Assembly: GCF_963921235.1 (NCBI RefSeq)
Contig: NC_086112.1
Span: 35,030,001 to 35,094,000, forward strand
Direction of reading: 5' to 3'
From: Mobula hypostoma
Taxonomy: Eukaryota
DNA length: 64,000 bases
Made by a program: the position numbers and the translations under genes
Shown: positions 27,401 through 38,491 of the stretch, piece by piece
Layout: each line of letters opens with the position of its first letter
How positions within the stretch are numbered: the stretch's first letter is position 1
Notes under the pieces: generated by a model
Database searches by the model: none
Told to the model about the DNA's origin: nothing
The model's input: only the letters and a program-made list of their open reading frames with translations

Positions 27401-27683
27401 TTTAAGTTCAAGTAAATTTCATGAAATACGAGTTTAAATTAAATCTGCACGTAGCCATGTATCTTACTTGTAATAATCTTTGATCCTTGGTCATAATATT
27501 GTTTTTTTTAAGATGACCTTGGTTTTCTGATTTGAGTATAAAATGATTTCAAATATGCTCAAGCATGTATTTATTAATGCTGGAATAAAAAAGGAATGCA
27601 TTCCATTTCATTTTTCTCTACAGGATGAAACCAAGGGAGATTATGAGAAAATCCTGCTGTCGCTCTGTGGAAGCAATGAGTAA
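12413..27683 (+). CDS. ANXA1: Annexin A1-like gene, full CDS in 12 coding exons (1017 nt, 338 aa)
   Basis: Exons joined by eye: 54+94+95+114+91+80+57+94+96+59+123+60 nt, all GT-AG and in phase. Four annexin repeats. ANXA1-type motifs [30 protein letters not shown] and [12 protein letters not shown]. The 57-nt linker exon matches ANXA1 rather than ANXA2 (recalled). Family assignment is secure; 1:1 orthology is less so. Confidence 0.88.
12618..13255 (+). mobile_element. CR1 3' fragment in an annexin intron
   Basis: [25 protein letters not shown] and FFTQRVV remnants with CR1 tail. Confidence 0.85.
14500..16035 (-). mobile_element. Two degraded CR1 3' fragments (about 14500-14940 and 15465-16035) flanking an annexin exon
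   Basis: ORF 14610..14813 [16 protein letters not shown]; CR1 tail remnants. Confidence 0.7.
15172..15265 (+). CDS. ANXA1: Annexin exon: [31 protein letters not shown](G)
   Basis: Annexin entry motif TV-P-P-F-P--DA; donor AAG|GTAAGC. Confidence 0.9.
16223..16317 (+). CDS. ANXA1: Annexin exon: [32 protein letters not shown]
   Basis: 95 nt, repeat I, AG/GT flanks. Confidence 0.95.
16440..16553 (+). CDS. ANXA1: Annexin exon: [38 protein letters not shown]
   Basis: 114 nt, AG/GT flanks, lies within ORF 16377..16724. Confidence 0.95.
17501..17591 (+). CDS. ANXA1: Annexin exon: [30 protein letters not shown]
   Basis: 91 nt, repeat II GxGT motif. Confidence 0.95.
17681..17760 (+). CDS. ANXA1: Annexin exon: [27 protein letters not shown]
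   Basis: 80 nt, AG/GT flanks. Confidence 0.95.
18669..19283. mobile_element. Foldback mariner-derived MITE
   Basis: TA flanks at 18667-68 and 19284-85; TIR CGAGGGGTGATTGATAAGTTTGTGG at both ends; mariner transposase C-terminus ([19 protein letters not shown]) in both arms. Confidence 0.85.
21585..21641 (+). CDS. ANXA1: Annexin exon: [19 protein letters not shown]
   Basis: 57-nt linker exon, donor AGG|GTAAGT. Confidence 0.93.
21729..21822 (+). CDS. ANXA1: Annexin exon: [31 protein letters not shown]
   Basis: 94 nt, repeat III. Confidence 0.95.
22805..22900 (+). CDS. ANXA1: Annexin exon: [32 protein letters not shown]
   Basis: 96 nt, ANXA1-type [10 protein letters not shown]. Confidence 0.95.
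25154..25212 (+). CDS. ANXA1: Annexin exon: [20 protein letters not shown]
   Basis: 59 nt, donor AAG|GTGAGT; not present in the ORF track. Confidence 0.95.
26200..26322 (+). CDS. ANXA1: Annexin exon: [41 protein letters not shown]
   Basis: 123 nt, repeat IV. Confidence 0.95.
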
Positions 27684-30600
27684 TGTATGTTGATCCAGGG
27701 CAGCTCCCATTTTGGTGTAAACATGACAAAGCAGTGAAAATGACTTGGAGTTGTGGAATCAATACTGTATATCTAGTTGTACCAGGTGCAAATAAAATAC
27801 CAAATTGATCCCATTTTGTTTTTTTCCCCCAAAATGAATCTATTGATCAAGCTTCCAATTTCATAATGGATAAACATCGCTGTTAGCACAATTATATTAC
27901 AGCTCAAGGCATTCCAGAGTTCGGAGTAAAGTTCTGCCACTGTTTGTAAGGAGTTTGTACATTCACACCATGAACTGTGTGGGTTTCCTCCGGGTGCTCC
28001 AGTTTCCTCTCACAGTTCAAAGACGACTTGGTTAGTAAGTTAATTGGTCATTGTAAATTGTCCTGTGATTAAGCCAGTGTTAAATAGATGGATTGCTGGG
28101 TGGTACAGATCATTGGGCCAGAAGAGCCTGTTCTGCATTGTATCCCTAAATAAACTATGGGACCCTTTACGATAAAGCAACGTTTTTGAAAATGAACAGA
28201 TAGAGGAGTATAAAGTTGGAAGGTTGAGAAAGTATTTGTCTGGACCCTTGCATACAAAATGCCAGTATTACATTGGGGGAGGGTGAAGACTACACAGGAT
28301 TTAGAATTTTTGTGGAAGAACAAATATTGAAAACTCTAGAATTATGAATTTAATAATGAGTCTGTTAATATATTTAAATGGAAGGAAGGGCTAAAGCATG
28401 CATTAGATTACATCACATTGGATAGCTGTTAGCATAATGCTCTTGCTGCACCAGTGGCTGGGGTTCAACTCCCATCACTGCCTGTAGAGAATTTGTATGT
28501 TCTTCCATTGAATGTGTGGCTTTCCTCTAGGTGTTCCAGTTTCCTGCAAAGATATGTAGATTAGTAGAGTAACTGGTCACATTGGTGCAATTGGGTGGAT
28601 TGGGCTTGTTGGACTGGAAGGGCCTGTTACTGTGTTCTATGTTAAAAAAATGTCTGATTGAATTTTGGGCTAAGCATTTGTTATCTTGAAATGAAAGAAG
28701 TTTTGGAAGTATTCATTAGGTAAAATGAGTCACTGCAGTACAAGTCCAAGTCCAATCAACACTTGCAGACACAACATTTGTGTGGCTGGTTCAATAGGTT
28801 TCTGGTCAATGGTGACCGCATGATTATTAATGGGAATTGATAATGGAAGCATCAGGAGTAGATTATTTAGTTTTCTTGTCAAATATTATATTTCTATAGC
28901 ATTATCAACTACGTCTGCAGGTATGCGAGCATGAACTGTTGCAATTTGAGTTGTCTATTGAATTGAAGACCACACAATTACCAAACATTTCACTTCTGAT
29001 CTCATGCAGTAGTAATGGTGGTTTTGGATTAGGGTATTGCTCCAAGGAGCACCTGTCATAATATCCTTGGGCTGAAATGATTGACTTCTAATTACAACAC
29101 TCTTCCTAGACCACAAAACACACAGAAGGAGCATAATTAGGCTTTTCAGCCCATTGAATCTGCTCCATGAGAAATAACTCAACTATTACAATGTTTGCTC
29201 TTTTGATGCCCAGTGAGGTCTATTTTACCAGAGTGCCTTGCTTCTGGAATTAATAATTTAGTTAATGATCTTTTGTCTGAACTGTTCTGATAGAAGGCCA
29301 TGACTTGAAACATCCACTGCAGATAATGAGATAGTTACTTTCTGACTTAATGTTTTCTCCAAACATTTTTTTTAAATTTCAGTATCATCAATCACTTGCT
29401 TTAAAGTTTTCCAGGGTGTTTCATAAGATCCTTATCAGGAAAAAAATCCATCACTGAGTCACAAAAGAGACTTTGAGGCAATTGATCAAAGTATCAGTAA
29501 ATGGTGAAAAGATAGAAAGTTTAATGGTAAATGTAAGTTGAGAGAATAGTTTTGCATATCCCGAGCTGAACACCCTGTAAGGCATAATCGAATGTGCCGT
29601 ATCCCCTTACGATGGGGATTTAGTGTTATAAAAACATTAAATCAGAACTATTGTGCTATTGATAAGACCATTAAACATAGGGGCAGAATTTGGCCACTCA
29701 GTCCATTGAGACAGCTCCACCATTCAATCATGGCTGACATTTTTTTCCTCTGAACCACATTCTCCTACCTGTAATCTCTGATGCACTTACCGACCTTTGC
29801 TTTAAATATATCCAGTGATTTGGTTCCACAGCCATCCGTGGCAATGAATTCCACAGATTCACCATCCTCTGGCTAAAGAAATTTCTCTTCATCTCTGTTC
29901 TAAAGAATTACCCTTTTATTCTGGGGCAATGCCCTCTGCTCCTAGACTCTCCCACGATTGGAAATATCCTCTCCGTATCCACTCTATCTAGGCCTTTCAA
30001 TATTCGGTACATTTCAATGAGATCCCCCTCATTCTAAACTCAAGAGAGTACAGGCCCAGAGCCATCAAACGCTCCTCAAACATTAACCATTTCATTCCCA
30101 GTATAATTTTCATAAATCTCCTTTAGACCCATTCTAATGTCTGTACATTCTTTCTTAGATATGGAGTCCAAAACTGTTCACAATACTTCAAACGTGGTCT
30201 GACTAATGCATTATAAAGTCTCAGCAATATCTTCTGAATTACACCCAGAAACTCCAGCTATTACTGCTCATCTGTCATCCCTGTTAGTATTTCCTTCAAA
30301 TCAACTTTGGTCAGCTCCTCTTTCATGCACCTGCAGTTCCCTTTATTCAAAGGTAATATGTAGACATCAGATTTAGTTAAAGTTCAAGTGTATTGTCATT
30401 TCAACTGTGCACATGGATACTGCCAAATAGAATGACATTCCTCCAGACCAAGGTGCATAACACAGTATGCATGTAGCCTGGGGAAAAGTACACGCTCAGG
30501 ACAACAAATACTTTTTTGGGTTTTAATTCCTTTCTGTTTTAGATGTTTAAGTGCCAGAAGAGGGTTGCAAAACAAAACGAACGAATTTACAACCAGTTCT

Positions 30601-31140
30601 TGCCGTTACAATCTCAGTTTAACTTTCGATCCACACCCTCGTGTATGGACAGAATTGCATATGCAGTATAAAATTACCAGAACTAATACCGTACTGATAC
30701 GGTAGTGGCAATTCTGAAGGAACACAATACAAACATTAGAATTCCACCCACCCTGCATCTTATACATAATAGCGAAAAATGTAAGCGAATTCATCTCATC
30801 TAAGACGTACACACGCACTGAACTTCCGAACAGAGACTAAACATTCACGTTATGCAGTTACATGCACAATCAGTCCTGATACAATAAAATTAGACAAAAG
30901 GTAAACTTTGGCACAACTTTTACAAGGTGTTGCCTGGTAGTTAAATTACGGGAAGACTGACCTACTTGGATAGTGAGGAACTTTGTATAAGCCACGCTAC
31001 CCAGCGTCGATTTCTTCACTCGTGGAAATCTAAAGCATCCACATGTAAAACATGTCAAATTACCAATATTCTCGATCCGCCAACAAGCATAAACGAATTC
31101 ACATGGATATTGTCAATTAATGCTCACCTTTCCTCGCCAT
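27468..31140 (-). CDS. Putative 5' exons of an unidentified minus-strand gene (31140-31128, 30713-30678, 29071-28982, 27526-27468): [66 protein letters not shown]
   Basis: Kozak ggcATGG in a CpG-rich region. Donors GTGAGC, GTAATT, GTAATT and GTAAGA. Exon 2 acceptor has a CTAAT branch point plus polypyrimidine tract. Phases chain 1-1-1-0 without stops. No homology recognised. Confidence 0.45.
27624..27683 (+). CDS. ANXA1: Annexin last coding exon: [19 protein letters not shown]
   Basis: Acceptor tttttctctacag; stop TAA at 27681-27683. Confidence 0.95.
   Translation, partial: DETKGDYEKILLSLCGSNE
27791..27796 (+). terminator. Candidate polyadenylation signal of the annexin gene
   Basis: AATAAA about 108 nt after the stop, followed by a T-rich tract. 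Confidence 0.55.
27880..28155 (+). mobile_element. tRNA-derived SINE (similar copies near 21390-21565, 26650-26900, 28425-28645, 35815-36080 and 44270-44720)
   Basis: Shared body gtgggtttcctccgggtgctccagtttcct...taattggtcattgtaaattg, ending ctgtat..ctaaataaa. Confidence 0.7.
29662..30360 (-). mobile_element. CR1 3' fragment
   Basis: Reverse complement of the LVRPRLKYC..FW and GDLIE.YRILKGLD region plus 3' UTR. Confidence 0.85.
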
Positions 31141-31340
31141 GCCCAGTCTCTGGGAGGAAGTCAATTCCAACGCCCCACCAGCGTCTTCAGCAGAAACAAA
31201 ATGGTCTCCCCAGTATCCCGTGCGTGCGTAATGACATCACCATTTCCCTTAAAGGCACAGACAACTATTCTAGCATTACCCGGATGGATGCCCAAGTACA
31301 CTTTTAACGATACTAAATAGGATTTGACGGTCACCCGGTT
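30600..31340 (-). promoter_or_regulatory. CpG-enriched promoter-like region
   Basis: Many CpGs against a CpG-depleted background; ZNF143/Staf-like CTCCCCAGTATCCCGTGCG at 31206-31224; CRE-like TGACATCA at 31232-31239. Confidence 0.55.
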
Positions 31341-31444
31341 ACATGTGTAACTCACACACAACACATAATATTACCACAAATAAATTAACAAATAATAAGG
31401 TTCATTTACATCACAAGTTAAACAGTATAATGTTACTGGTACCT

Positions 31445-32292
31445 CATTGAGTACAGAGAGGAAATTAAGAACCTGGTGGCATGGTGCGAAGACAATAACC
31501 TATCCCTCAACGTCAGCAAGACGAAGGAATTGGTTGGTGACTTCAGAAGGAGTAGCGGACCGCACGACCCAATTTACATCAGTGGTGCGCAAGTGAAACA
31601 GGTCAAAAGCTTTAAGTTCCTCGGGGTCAATATCACAAATGACCTGACTTGGTCCAACCAAGCAGAGTCCACTGCCAAGAAGGGCCACCAGTGCCTTTAT
31701 TTCCTGAGAAAACTAAAGAAATTTGGCCTGTCCACTAAAACCCTCACTAATTTTTATAGATGCACAGTAGAAAGCATTCTTCTAGGGTGCATCACAACCT
31801 GGTATGGAAGTTGTCCTGTCCGAGGCCAGAGGAAGCTGCAGAGGATCGTGGACACGGCGCAGCACATCACACAAACCAATCTTCCGTCCTTGGACTCACT
31901 TTACACAGCACATTGTCGGAGCAGTGCTGCAAGGATAATCAAGGACACGACCCACCCAGCCAACACACTTTTCATCCCTCTTCCCTCTGGGAGAAGGCTC
32001 AGGAGCCTGAAGACTCGTACGGCCAGATTTGGGAACAGCTCCTTTCCAACTGTGATAAGACTGCTGAACGGATCCTGACCCGAATCTGAGCTGTACACTC
32101 CAAATATTCGGACCTGCCTCTCAGTTTTTTTTGCACTACCTTACTTTCCATTTTTCTAATTATGATTTATAATTTAAATTTTTAATATTTACTATCGATT
32201 TGTAATCCAGAGAGCGGGAAGCGCAGAATCAAATATCGCTGTGATGATTGTAGGTTCTAGTATCAATTGTTTGGCGACAATAAAGTATAAAG
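31445..32292 (+). mobile_element. L2/Rex-Babar-like LINE 3' fragment with an open ORF2 C-terminus
   Basis: ORF 31476..32078 WCEDNNLSLNVSKTKELVGDFRR, FKFLGV, FYRCTVESIL; aataaagtataaagta tail. Confidence 0.9.
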
Positions 32293-32329
32293 TACATATG
32301 GTGAAACCTGGGTGGTGGCATTCACCCCT

Positions 32330-33720
32330 AGCTTCTCCTTCTCAAACTGCAAAACAAGTTCTATCATATTATGATCATTGCATCCTAAGGGTTCTTTTGC
32401 CTTAAACTCTCTAATCAAATCTGGCTCATTACACAACATCTAATCTAGAATTGCCTTTTTCCTAGTGGGCTCGGCAACAATGCTCTAAAAATCCTTGCCG
32501 TAGGCATTCTGCAAATTCTTTTTCTTGGGATCTATCATCAACTTGGTTTTCTCAATCTGCCTGCAAATTGAAATTCCCCTATGACCATTGTAACCTTATT
32601 CCTTTCAGTCTCCCATTGTAATTCTTACCACACATCCTGGCGACCAGTTGAACTCCTGTCAGGGTCTTTTCACGGTTTCTCAGCTCTACCAATAAGGACT
32701 CTACATATCTGATTCTATGTCACTTCTTTCTAAAGATTTGATTTGATTTTTCATCAATGCTACCCCACTCCTCTGCCCAACTAACTGCCTGTCTTTTCAA
32801 TATAATGTGTTATCACTGAATGTTTAACTATTAGCTATGATCTTCTTTCAACCACAACTCAGTGATAGCCACATCCTACTTGTAAATTTCTATTTGTACT
32901 ACAAGATTATTTATTTTATTTTGTATAAACCATGTATTCAGATATCACACCATCAGTCCTGTATTCACCATCTTTCCTTTTGATTTTGTCTCCATGTTCC
33001 CTGAAGTTAAATTCCTATCCCTTCTAATTTTTTTTGTCTTATTCTTTATTATGGAGACTTCAATAACCTTCCCTGATTTTTTCACACTTTTCCAAGCAGT
33101 TATATCAACCCCTCTACTATTAAGAGTAAAGGCCCTATCCACAGCCCTAGTTGTGTGATTCGCCAGGACCCTAGTCCCAGCATAATTCAAGTGGAGCTTA
33201 TCCCATCAGAACAGTTCCCTCCTTCTCCAATACTGGTGCCAATATCAATCCCAGTTCTCCCACACCAATCTTTGATCACAGTCATGGTTGATGTATCCCA
33301 TTTTCCTGCATTATCATAGAGTAATAAAGCACAGATATGGATTCTCTGGGTCAACTCATCCATGCTGAATGAGTTTCATTTGCCTGTGTTTGGCCACACT
33401 CCTCTAAACCTTTCAGATTCATCTACCTGTCCAAATGTTATTGCACCTGCCTAAACCAACTTCTCTGATGGCACATTCCAAATATACCCCATCCTCCGTA
33501 TGAAAAAGGTACCCCCTCAGATTCTATTTAAATTGTTTCCTTCTCATCCACTTTCCTGGGAAAAAAGACAATATATTCACCCTTTCTATGGCCCTCATTA
33601 TTTCAATACACCACTATAAGTTCACATTTCAGTCTTGTTGCTCGAATGAATATAGTCCTAGCTTGGCTAGCCTCTCCCTATGACCCAAGCCTTTGAGTCC
33701 CAGCAATACTTTTTGAGATA
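32330..33720 (-). mobile_element. CR1 fragments, including an ORF1 esterase-like and endonuclease remnant (32330-33290)
   Basis: QYWRRRELF*WDKLHLNYAGTRVLAN (DxxH); MVIGEF, LDLDVV.NEPDLIR remnants. Confidence 0.7.
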
Positions 33721-34479
33721 GATAGCACATGCATACAATGCTCCCTTGGTCGACATCTTCTGGATAGACCACAAAACTGTTTATTTCACTTCTTTTATGT
33801 CTTTTTTTCCCCCCCATCTTAAATGTGTTTCTGGAAGTGTTAGAGCCTGTGATTTACAGTTTGGAAATCGATTGAGTGATTAATCCGAGAAAATTCCAGG
33901 AAGCAGGCACAAGTCTCAAAGTGAAGAAACTACGAGACTGGCTGTACTCAGAGGGTAGGTCTCTGTGACCAAGCAGTGTGTCTCTCTCTTTCAGTGATGT
34001 TGGAGGATGTTACCAAGTTTCTGCATTAATGGATTTGGACTATTATGGTTTTTATATTGTGTTGTTACCCTTTCTTTCTCGTTTTTTTGTGCAGGGGGGA
34101 GTGGGGTTTGGTGTTTGAAGTTTGATGTTCTTGTTGCAATTTTATTAGTTTTTTGTGCAGGGGAGAGGGATTTGAGGGCCTATATTGTTGTTGCCTTGTG
34201 TGTGGGGGAAGAAGGAATTGGGGGCCAATGTGCTTGTTGTGTTTCATGCAGGGCAAGGGAAAGGGGTTGGGGGGGGGGTGTTGATGGTGTTGCCTGCATA
34301 CATTGATAATAAATTAACCTTTGAGTCTTTTTAAAAAATGTTGTAAGTTTTTGCACTCTCATTCCTCATTCTGAGACTGTAATACCCTATTTCTAGACAG
34401 TAAAGGGAAACATCCTCTTTTCATTCAGCCAATCTGGCGCTATAAAAGCTTGCAAATTTCAATCAGATCTCTTAATGTT

Positions 34480-35300
34480 ATAAACTCCAGAGAATTACAG
34501 ACCTCGTCTCGCACTGTCACGTCATAGAGAAAAACCTTAGAACCAGTTTAGTTACTATCCACTGCACTCCCTCTGGCATGCAAATCCGTTTTCAGCCAAG
34601 ACCACAAGCATATCGTACACAATACCTCAAGTGCATTCTCGCGAACGCAAAACGACCGGGGTGAAAACTAGATGCTCTCATAACCCCAAGTCCCTAAAAA
34701 AAATCTTGTCGCTTCAAATCGCCTGCGGTAGCTTCCTGTATCATTAGTGACCTCAAGAGGGCAGAAACGCTGAGTAACTGTAAACAAATTCGATTTCAAA
34801 AAGCAGAGGATGAAGAGTTCTGTAGAAACAAATGAGGGGATGCGGAGGGTTAAAACTGCGACAAGAAAAAGCAGCATTCATCCTTAACTATTATAAAAAC
34901 AGTAAACCCCAGACTCGGGGATGCTTTCAGGCCACAGGAGGTTTCACTTCACAGCCTGCAGATGACGGCTTTATTACTCACAAACGCCGGTTGAGTGTGA
35001 GGAAGTGAGGGCGAGGGTGCGGCGACTCCTACGCTGAGAGGTGCGGCCTGCATTTGCTCCAAGTTGTTCCGGAAGGTTCTGGATTTTTCGGGCCGCGTTC
35101 CAGCGACTGCCAGCGCCCTACTGCTAAATTACTTCAGCACGATCAATAACAAAACGGCGCCTCAGCCCGCCGCAAGCAGTCAATATGCATCTCCACGCCT
35201 CTATCTTGGCGGTTGCAGAAAATATTTTCAAAGGCTGAATTCGTGCGTTGAGTATGGGCCACGTAATTAGCGTCGGAAAATTGCGGGTCATTGGGACTTT
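34480..35300 (+). promoter_or_regulatory. CpG-rich promoter and probable non-coding first exon of MFSD3
   Basis: CpG-dense; TCTCGCGA near 34637; ETS-like GGAAGTG near 35001; candidate donor GAG|GTGCGG at 35041; matching acceptor ttttttgttgcag ends at 38426. Confidence 0.6.
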
Positions 35301-36529
35301 AAATGGTTAAATACCGAAAAATTCACAGGCGCTTTAAGAAATAAGTGTTTCCAAGGTTGGTGCGTGTTTGTGTACGAGTCCTGGCATAAGCATTATACAG
35401 TGACTAAAATTCATTTTGATATACAAAATACAACAGCATTCTACAGTATCTGTTGGCATGTGCGTTTTGGCTGGGAGAGAAAACACGGGACGGGCCATGT
35501 TGTCACAGGCAGGATGTGCAAACTGCACACAGGCTGCACCCGAAGACCTTTCCTCTAATGTATTAGTTAATGTGAATAAGGAGAATTGTAGAGGATGTTA
35601 GAATGCTCAATATGTGATTAAGAAACCCAATAACATCAGCTGAGAAGATGCATACTGAACAGGACCCACATGCTACAACAGACACTTGAAGCTCTCTAAG
35701 AGTATTTGGCTCCCATTAAACAACATTGCAGCCTCAAACCTTAAGACCCACTTCCGGGCAACATAATTCCCAGGGTTCAGGTGAGCAAATGAGTTTTGCA
35801 GAACTGATACTGCCACTGCACAGTAGCATAGGGGTTAGAACAATATTTACAATACTGGCAACCCAGGTTCAACTCCTGTCACTGTCCTGTAAGGAATTTG
35901 TACATTATCCCTGTGACCGTGTGGGTTTCCTCTGTGTGCTTCAGTCCTTCCAGTCCAAAGATCTACCAGTAAGTTAATTGGTCATTGTAAATTATCCTTT
36001 GATTAGGTTAGGGTTAAATCACTGGGCCATGTGGTTTGAAGGGCCTGGCCTAGTCCATGCTGTATCTCAGATAAATAAATATACTTAGTAGCCTCTGCAT
36101 ATATACTGCAGTGAGCACATTTTTTGTTGGGGGGGGGCATAATTGGTGCACATATCCAATTTTAGCTTAAACCAGTTCACATAATATTCAAAACAAAAGT
36201 ATGCAATCGGGGGGGGGGCATAATTGGTGCACATATCCAATTTTAGCTTAAACCAGTTCACATAATATTCAAAACATCAGTATGCAATCAACACTCCCCC
36301 ACCCCCACACTATTTTCTTTATATTGCAGGAGCTATTCAGCCCAACAGATCTATGCAGACTTTTACAGCCAATCCTTCAATACCATTACCCCACTTATAT
36401 TTGTGCAGCATATTCTCTCAGCTATGCTTATTAATCACACAAGGTCTTCCACCACTCAGGTAAATTATATTACCAATTAACCAATCAACATTTTGTTAAG
36501 ATGACAGAAGATGGAAAGAGTTATAGGGG

Positions 36530-37700
36530 TAAAAGCAACACTCACAATACGCTGGAGGAACTCAGCAGGTCAGGCAACATCCATGGAAAAGATCAATCAA
36601 TGTTTCAGGCTAGAACCCTTCAGCAGGACTAAAGAGGGAAGGTACAGAGGCCCTATAAGGAGGGTGGGAAGGAGAAGGCTGGTAGGTTCCAGGTGAAAAA
36701 CCAATAAGGGGAAAGATAAAGGGGTGGGGGAGGGGAAGCAGGGAGATGATAGGCAGGAAAGGTGAAGAAGAAATAGGGGAAAACACAATGGGAGGCGGAA
36801 CCATGAGGGAGGTAATAGGCAGCTGGGGGAGGGGGCAGAGTATTTTGAGTTATAGGGGTAACCAATGTGTTCACAAGACATCTTTGCAGATGACCTCAGC
36901 TTTGCGCAACTGTATTACTCTTTCTTCTCCTCCCCGCCCATAAGCAGATTAAAGGCCCTGCCCTGATCTTCCAACCTATCCCTCCTTTTGAATACCCTGT
37001 TCTCGGATTGGTTTCCTGTGTCACCCTCCTACTTTAACCATTGTTGGAGGAATTTTTCTGGTCTATGATAACTGATGCTAAATTCTAACCCTCTTAAAAT
37101 ATTTCTCATCGAATGAAACAAATATTGGTTACTAGTCTGTTTAGTTGTCTGTGCAAATGGAAGTTATTTTTCAATAAGTCCATGTGGGAGGAAAGGCAGA
37201 AAAAAGTTCAGTTTGTAGGTCTGCTGATGCTGGGCAACACATGCAAAATGCTTGAGGAACTCAGCAGGTCAGGCAGCATCTTTTGGTGGGGGGTAATAAA
37301 CAGAGAGCGTTTTGGGCCTGGACCCTTCAAGACTGGAAACGAAGGGGGCAGAAGCAAGAATAAGAATGTGAGGGGAGAGGAAACTGGCAGGTGATAGGTC
37401 AGACTGGTGAGGGGAAAGTAAGTAGGCAGAGGTGATAGGTCAGACCGGTGAGGGGAAAGTAAGTAGGCAGAGGGCGGGTGTGTGGGAGAGAAAGGGATGA
37501 AGAGAAAGCTGGGAGGCAGTAGGTGGAAGAGGTAAATGGCGAAAGAAGGAACCTAATAGGATAGGACAGGACAGTGGACCATAGCGGAGAGGAAAGGAGA
37601 GGAACCAGAGGGCAGGTGAGAAAAGAAGGAGTGACAGGGTAACCATGATGGGGAATAGAAAAAGAGAGAAGGGGGGAGATGGAGGGGAGATCACTTTATG
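36530..37700 (-). mobile_element. Two Penelope-derived non-autonomous ends with purine-rich tracts (about 36530-36840 and 37225-37695)
   Basis: gctggaggaactcagcaggtcaggcagcatc termini, degenerate hammerhead cores and GA-rich bodies, homologous to 59520-60048. Confidence 0.7.
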
Positions 37701-38491
37701 GAATTATTATTTAGCATGCCACATCTCTCTGATTTCCAAATTTAACCTGTTTTAATACATCTCAAAATTAAAAATAAATGAATTAGAGTTTGTATACTTT
37801 AAATATTTAAATTTCATGTTTTTTCTGAAGTAGCAACCTTAGTTGACAGCTTTCTCAAATACAAAAAAAAAGCTTTTAAGATTTTATGCTATTTCTGTTT
37901 AATTTTGTTTGGAAAGAATGAAATAATGAGCATTCAGTAACTTAGTGATGTTCATTTCAAAGTGCTTTACAGCCAAATGATTACGTTGTCAGTAACTGCT
38001 GAGCAAGCCTCTATAATTCCACAAACAAATTGAAATAAATGGCAAGTTCAGCTAGTTTGCTGTAGCTAACTTAGATTGCAGTGTAAACTTTTGGATTAGA
38101 ATATTTTTTGCAAAGGTAAAAATGTAATCGATATGAACAGTGACTTTGCTAGGAGATGTTATGTAGTTAACTCTTACCATTACCATTCTAGGTTTGAGCT
38201 AGTTCATCTTTTTGTGTTGATTAGGATTTTTATCAGCTCACATATGGCAGCTCAGCTTCAGTACCCTCAGTTATCTAATTATAATACTCTTTAACATTTT
38301 ATTCTTAATAACCCTAGACTACCAAAATTAATTTGAAATCATTTTGTCTATAAAGGTAGTGATGTTGTAGAGTTTAATATAAAAAAATATTACTGCAGTT
38401 TTTAAAGAAGCATTTTTTTGTTGCAGATATTGAATTCATCACAGGTTTACAAGGAACTGGATACTTTTACCGTGGATGACATCCATTTGAA

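Noticed and set aside
36511-37694. Low-complexity Pro/Leu/Ser and Gly/Arg ORFs
   Set aside because: They arise from GA-rich tracts of Penelope-derived repeats
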